Positions 63,001 through 64,000 of a stretch of DNA of 64,000 nt are shown here, piece by piece. The DNA comes from Centroscyllium fabricii. Its lineage: Eukaryota. Under the pieces are notes generated by a model that saw only the letters and a program-made list of their open reading frames with translations, ran no database searches and was not told the origin of the DNA. The stretch spans positions 205,716,001 to 205,780,000 of the forward strand of contig JBNRSN020000008.1 in assembly GCA_051313645.2 (NCBI GenBank). The letters run 5' to 3'. The stretch's first letter is position 1. Every line of letters starts with the position of its first letter. The position numbers were made by a program, and so were the translations under genes.

Positions 63001-63431
63001 GAGATGTTAAACCGAGGCTCCGTCTGTCCTCTGAGGTGGGCGTAAAAGATCCTATGGCACTCTTTCGAAGACGAGCAGGGGAGTTCTGGCCAATATTTAA
63101 TCCCTCAACTAGCATCTTTAAAAACAGATTATCTGGTCATTATCACATTGCTGTTTGTGGAATCCTGCTGTGTGCAAATTGGCTGCCGCGTTTTCTACAT
63201 TACAACAGTGACTACACTTCAAAAGTACTTCATTGGCTGTAAAGTGCTTTAGGTCGGCCTGAGGTTATGAAAGGCGCTATATAAATGCAAGTCTTTCTTT
63301 ATGAATATGGCATTCACTTTAACCATGTGACAAAATTAACTTACTAGTTTGTCCATCTTGTTGCGCACAGGTGATGGGCCTGGAGGTCCAGGGGGTCCTC
63401 TTGGACCTTCGACTCCAATCCCTGGATCACC
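3..63431 (-). CDS. COL18A1: Collagen type XVIII alpha 1 (multiplexin), internal part of the gene; 16 exons joined, both gene ends outside the window
   Basis: 16 phase-0 GT-AG exons join into a stop-free Gly-X-Y frame of 357 aa. Its interruptions match recalled human COL18A1: ...[21 protein letters not shown] vs [18 protein letters not shown]; [12 protein letters not shown] vs GRFGVNSSDVPG; FRAGF/DDMEGS vs LPAGF/DDMEGS; [11 protein letters not shown] vs GEPGSIFSPDG. A paralogous copy is not excluded. Confidence 0.9.
941..1228 (+). mobile_element. Solo LTR (288 bp)
   Basis: TGTAG...CTACA termini, 4-bp TSD TCTG, AATAAA near 1148. Confidence 0.8.
1781..1843 (-). CDS. COL18A1: COL18A1 exon (63 nt) [21 protein letters not shown]
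   Basis: cctttAG / GTaggt; 7 triplets. Confidence 0.92.
3914..3949 (-). CDS. COL18A1: COL18A1 exon (36 nt) [12 protein letters not shown]
   Basis: ccctttcAG / GTaaga; matches human GRPGFAGFP. Confidence 0.88.
4345..4830 (-). mobile_element. tRNA-headed SINE with a LINE-derived tail (other copies at about 12070-12445 and a head at 63967-64000)
   Basis: Head GGCGGTGGCGTAGTGGTTATGTCACTAGACT; tail shared with LINE 3' fragments at about 590-860, 4010-4305 and 47146-47335. Confidence 0.75.
4994..5029 (-). CDS. COL18A1: COL18A1 exon (36 nt) [12 protein letters not shown] (non-collagenous)
   Basis: tctttcttcAG / GTaggg; positional match to human GSVLSVPGPE. Confidence 0.8.
5631..6090 (+). mobile_element. 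DeuSINE (SacSINE1/AmnSINE1-like), full-length example
   Basis: tRNA-like head GTGGCTCAGTGGGTAGC...GGTTCAAGTCCC, Deu-like core, tail GGCGCTATATAAATGCAAG. Other + copies at about 2166, 10536, 11186, 14905, 18934, 24240, 40533, 41740, 44479, 47760, 53860, 61620 and 62827. Confidence 0.88.
6395..7540. mobile_element. Minus-strand CR1 fragment with a plus-strand CR1 3' fragment (about 6864-7390) nested inside
   Basis: Both copies carry CR1 tails; ORFs 6347-6613(-) and 7060-7299(+). Confidence 0.8.
7640..7714 (-). CDS. COL18A1: COL18A1 exon (75 nt) [25 protein letters not shown]
   Basis: ccttttcAG / GTaagc; matches human GDPGKDGVG...GPPGPVVY. Confidence 0.92.
8044..8294. mobile_element. hAT-like MITE
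   Basis: TAGGGTTGGCA / TGGCCACCCTA terminal inverted repeats; the putative 8-bp TSD matches at only 5/8. Confidence 0.5.
9790..10531. mobile_element. PIF/Harbinger-like MITE
   Basis: TIR GGGGGGGATTTTCC / GGAAAATCCCCCCC; possible ATG duplication. Confidence 0.65.
11073..11108 (-). CDS. COL18A1: COL18A1 exon (36 nt) [12 protein letters not shown]
   Basis: tctctcttAG / GTaagg; 4 triplets. Confidence 0.9.
13327..14078. mobile_element. PIF/Harbinger-like MITE
   Basis: Degenerate TIR GGGCCAAAAAT / ATTTCTGGGCC; AT-rich core. Confidence 0.6.
15645..18290 (+). mobile_element. Degraded CR1 LINE ORF2 with an antisense insert at about 15905-16118
   Basis: [16 protein letters not shown] and [10 protein letters not shown] motifs; many stops; 3' tail. 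Confidence 0.92.
18792..18854 (-). CDS. COL18A1: COL18A1 exon (63 nt) [21 protein letters not shown]
   Basis: ttttttcAG / GTgagt; 7 triplets. Confidence 0.92.
19568..20598. mobile_element. Non-autonomous pogo/Tigger-like (Tc1-mariner) DNA transposon
   Basis: 22-bp TIRs CAGGTTGAGCACCGTTAATCCG (1 mismatch), TA target duplication, no transposase. Confidence 0.88.
19760..20425. repeat. GC-rich minisatellite (GAGAGGCCCGGCTCGG / GGAGACTCG modules, ~26-bp unit)
   Basis: Visible tandem array; produces the low-complexity ORFs in all three plus frames. Confidence 0.95.
20853..22570 (-). mobile_element. CR1 3' fragment interrupted by a MITE
   Basis: Antisense CR1 tail and RT C-terminus. Confidence 0.8.
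21509..22428. mobile_element. PIF/Harbinger-like MITE with a long internal palindrome, inserted in CR1
   Basis: TIR GGCCGAAAAATT / AATTTTTCGCCC; TSD ATA; subterminal TTAGCGCC/GGCGCTAA repeats. Confidence 0.85.
22826..23360 (+). mobile_element. Rex1/Babar non-LTR retrotransposon 3' fragment
   Basis: Open frame ...[20 protein letters not shown]...[20 protein letters not shown]...NSFFPRAV; AATAAA plus (TTGAA)n tail. Confidence 0.9.
23630..23656 (-). CDS. COL18A1: COL18A1 micro-exon (27 nt) GEPGIKGEQ
   Basis: Pyrimidine tract plus aatAG / GTgagt; 3 triplets. Confidence 0.88.
24519..25691 (+). mobile_element. Probable solo LTR (~1.17 kb)
   Basis: TGTAG...TTACA termini, flanks GTAT/GTAC, ATTAAA near 25571. 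Confidence 0.55.
25803..25847 (-). CDS. COL18A1: COL18A1 exon (45 nt) [15 protein letters not shown]
   Basis: ttttctatAG / GTgagg; 5 triplets. Confidence 0.92.
25965..26691. mobile_element. PIF/Harbinger-like MITE
   Basis: GGGCTAGAAATT / AATTTTTCCCCC; TSD TAA. Confidence 0.75.
27105..27737. mobile_element. PIF/Harbinger-like MITE inserted in CR1
   Basis: GGGTGCAAAATTGGT / ACCAGTTTTTCCCCC; TSD ATA; the CR1 rejoins across it. Confidence 0.8.
28008..28223 (+). mobile_element. Solo LTR (216 bp) inserted in a CR1 3' tail
   Basis: Exact 5-bp TSD TACTC; TGTTG...CAATA ends; the CR1 tail resumes after the insert. Confidence 0.75.
29263..30495 (+). mobile_element. Solo LTR (1.23 kb) inserted in CR1, with an internal 66-bp tandem array
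   Basis: TGTCA...TTACA; flanks AGAAT/GGAAT; TATA-like motif near 29431 and AATAAA near 30425; CR1 continues on both sides. Confidence 0.75.
29758..30240. repeat. 66-bp minisatellite, ~7.3 copies
   Basis: Unit TTCCAGTTCCTAACTCTCTGATGAAGTAGTCGTTGTAAAGGGTTCTACTCACAGAAGAATAACTTG starting at 29758, 29824, 29890, 29956, 30020, 30086, 30152 and 30218. Confidence 0.95.
32413..36868 (+). mobile_element. Full-length Ty3/Gypsy LTR retrotransposon, CsRn1 clade-like (4456 bp)
   Basis: 248-bp LTRs at 32413-32660 and 36621-36868 (TG...CA, 3 mismatches); TSD ATTC on both sides; PBS TGGTGACCCCGA (tRNA-Trp) at 32662; polypurine tract GGGGGGAG before the 3' LTR. Confidence 0.97.
32751..36578 (+). pseudogene. 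Gag-Pol polyprotein (Gag CHCC, PR, RT, RNase H, IN) with one in-frame stop at 36198-36200
   Basis: [34 protein letters not shown] zinc finger and DDE integrase core. The downstream ORF 36219-36578 (PYDGPY, GPY/F module) is in the same frame. Confidence 0.93.
37959..40268 (+). mobile_element. Internally deleted LTR retroelement: ~1.06-kb 5' LTR, tRNA-Arg PBS, broken coiled-coil gag-like ORF, truncated 3' LTR
   Basis: About 260 bp at 38758-39020 recurs at 40008-40268, both ending in TTACA; TGGCGAGTCAGGCAGGAGT at 39025 is 2 mismatches from the tRNA-Arg(ACG) complement; ORF pieces 39024-39890. The 5' edge and TSD are uncertain. Confidence 0.75.
40815..41700 (-). mobile_element. CR1 3' fragment
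   Basis: [18 protein letters not shown] motif. Confidence 0.8.
42638..43649. mobile_element. PIF/Harbinger-like MITE with an internal CT-rich higher-order repeat, inserted in CR1
   Basis: Perfect 14-bp TIR GGCCGAAAAATTGG; TSD TAT. Confidence 0.88.
42913..43305. repeat. Pyrimidine-rich repeat with a 162-bp higher-order period
   Basis: CACCTGCC recurs at 42953 and 43115; 54-aa period in the ORF track. Confidence 0.85.
44315..44380 (-). CDS. COL18A1: COL18A1 exon (66 nt) [22 protein letters not shown]
   Basis: tttgcAG / GTaagg; begins DDMEGS as in human. Confidence 0.92.
45595..47145 (-). mobile_element. 5'-truncated CR1 LINE (RT), frameshift at an A run near 46637
   Basis: ORFs 46626-47063 and 45547-46626; CR1 tail; inserted in an older LINE 3' fragment (about 45495-47335). 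Confidence 0.93.
47491..47622 (-). CDS. COL18A1: COL18A1 exon (132 nt) [44 protein letters not shown]
   Basis: ttgcAG / GTaagt; ends in AGF as in human PGLPAGF. Confidence 0.94.
47978..49298 (-). mobile_element. HE1-type V-SINE split by a 921-bp insertion
   Basis: The SINE halves rejoin across TSD AGATAGTA. Confidence 0.85.
48295..49215 (-). mobile_element. Non-coding retroposon with a 76-bp tandem array and an AATAAA-(TTAC)n tail
   Basis: 8-bp TSD; ACCCAGG recurs at 48991, 49067 and 49143. Confidence 0.75.
49812..50088 (+). mobile_element. Solo LTR (277 bp)
   Basis: Exact 5-bp TSD CTGTT; TG...CA ends; TATAAA and AATAAA present. Confidence 0.85.
50112..50148 (+). ncRNA. Minimal hammerhead-ribozyme-like motif in a Penelope-derived repeat
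   Basis: AGTT-CTGATGA-aaGGTCataGACCc-GAAA-CGTT-AACT. Confidence 0.55.
50500..50904 (+). mobile_element. HE1-type V-SINE with a CR1-derived tail
   Basis: tRNA-like head with A/B boxes; V-domain TGTGTGGAGGTTGCACATTCTCCCCGTGTCTGCGTGGGTTTCC; CR1 3' tail. Confidence 0.88.
51180..51830 (+). mobile_element. CR1 3' fragment; related short copies at about 1305-1530, 3035-3450, 8608-9000 and 12825-13310
   Basis: [12 protein letters not shown] motif and shared 3' UTR. Confidence 0.85.
51833..52027 (+). mobile_element. RTE-clade LINE 3' end
   Basis: C-terminal [21 protein letters not shown] zinc finger; (AGA)n tail; flanks TTGTAAGAT/TTGTAGGAT. Confidence 0.8.
53044..53821. mobile_element. PIF/Harbinger-like MITE with a C-rich core
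   Basis: GGGGAAATTTTAAC / GTTAAAATCCTGCCC ends. Confidence 0.65.
54530..54972 (-). mobile_element. DeuSINE, the only minus-strand copy
   Basis: Reverse complement of the DeuSINE consensus. Confidence 0.88.
55255..56655 (+). mobile_element. Penelope-like element fragment (GIY-YIG endonuclease) split by an HE1-type SINE
   Basis: [10 protein letters not shown]|[11 protein letters not shown]...RMNGH...VGEHF...GLNRD rejoin across the SINE with TSD AGGAAA. Confidence 0.9.
55579..55973 (-). mobile_element. HE1-type V-SINE
   Basis: Reverse complement of the copy at 50500. Confidence 0.88.
56769..56813 (-). CDS. COL18A1: COL18A1 exon (45 nt) [15 protein letters not shown]
   Basis: tttcAG / GTaagg; 5 triplets; 95-nt intron to the previous exon. 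Confidence 0.92.
56909..56971 (-). CDS. COL18A1: COL18A1 exon (63 nt) [21 protein letters not shown]
   Basis: ttctttcAG / GTatgt; 7 Gly-X-Y triplets. Confidence 0.92.
57619..60745 (-). mobile_element. CR1 LINE: end of ORF1 plus complete but frameshifted ORF2 (APE endonuclease, RT) and 3' tail
   Basis: ORFs with [30 protein letters not shown] and [10 protein letters not shown]; (TTTCTATG)n tail; nested in an L2-like fragment. Confidence 0.95.
61223..61381 (-). CDS. COL18A1: COL18A1 exon (159 nt) [53 protein letters not shown]
   Basis: AG/GTaagt; Gly-X-Y with an N-glycan sequon NNT where human has NSS. Confidence 0.95.
62053..62106 (-). CDS. COL18A1: COL18A1 exon (54 nt) [18 protein letters not shown], non-collagenous interruption with a Ser-Gly GAG site
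   Basis: Polypyrimidine tract plus tAG, donor GTaggt; near-identical to recalled human [18 protein letters not shown]. Confidence 0.95.
63345..63431 (-). CDS. COL18A1: COL18A1 exon (87 nt) [29 protein letters not shown]
   Basis: Acceptor ctgcAG and donor GTaagt; matches human GDPGVGERG...PSFRHDKL. Confidence 0.93.
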
Positions 63432-64000
63432 CTGCAGAGGATACAAAAGCAAATGGTTTTGGCCTGCACACAATCTGACATGCACTGGTCTGACTCAATG
63501 TGAGCCAGAAGTCCGCACACCAAGAGGACCAGACAGATTAATGACGTACCACAAACATTCAAAATTATCCTGCATTAATCTGGCTCGAAGCATTGGCCTT
63601 GTGCCCACCAGCAAGGATAGGTTCGCTGCTGGTCCTGTGCCTCAGGCTGCCAATGCTCCTCATTCGTCTCCAATAGACCAGGTAGTCTTTTTCTGGAGGG
63701 GGGGGAGGCGGAGTTGGCAGCACAGTGCAAGATGCATGTGTCCACTGCATAATGTACATCTCTTACCATGACTGGCATTTTCTCTACATAGGAACAGGAG
63801 GAGGCCATTCAGCCCCTCGGGCCTGTTCTGCCATTCAATGAGATCATGGCTGATCTGTATCGCTACTAAATTTACTCACCTTGGTAGTACAACCCTTAAT
63901 AACCTTGCCTAACAAAGATCTATCAATCACAGTTTTGAAATTTTCAATTGATGCCCCAGCCTCAAGGGTGGTGGTGGCGCAGTGGTTATGTCACTAGACT

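Noticed and set aside
3-63431. Type IV, type XV or fibrillar collagen identity
   Set aside because: The interruption sequences ([26 protein letters not shown]) fit COL18A1 best

Overview
Eukaryotic genomic DNA, most likely from a shark or other elasmobranch (judged from the HE1-type V-SINEs, SacSINE1-like DeuSINEs and dense CR1 LINEs). The whole window lies inside one minus-strand gene, a multiplexin collagen that closely matches COL18A1. I traced 16 consecutive phase-0 GT-AG exons (27-159 nt, 1071 nt or 357 aa in total), most of them not represented in the ORF track. The introns are largely transposable elements, often nested: a structurally complete 4.46-kb CsRn1-clade Gypsy element, an internally deleted LTR element, five solo LTRs, seven PIF/Harbinger-type MITEs (one with a 117-bp-arm palindrome), a Tigger-like MITE carrying a minisatellite, CR1, L2, Rex1, RTE and Penelope fragments, and hammerhead-ribozyme-like motifs. 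I found no prokaryotic-type system. The best leads are the loss of one Ser-Gly glycosaminoglycan site in COL18A1, the CsRn1-type element, the hammerhead motifs, the MITE hairpin, SINE tail capture and a strong strand bias of repeats. All coordinates were read by eye. Exon, LTR and TIR boundaries were checked base by base; boundaries of degraded repeats are approximate.
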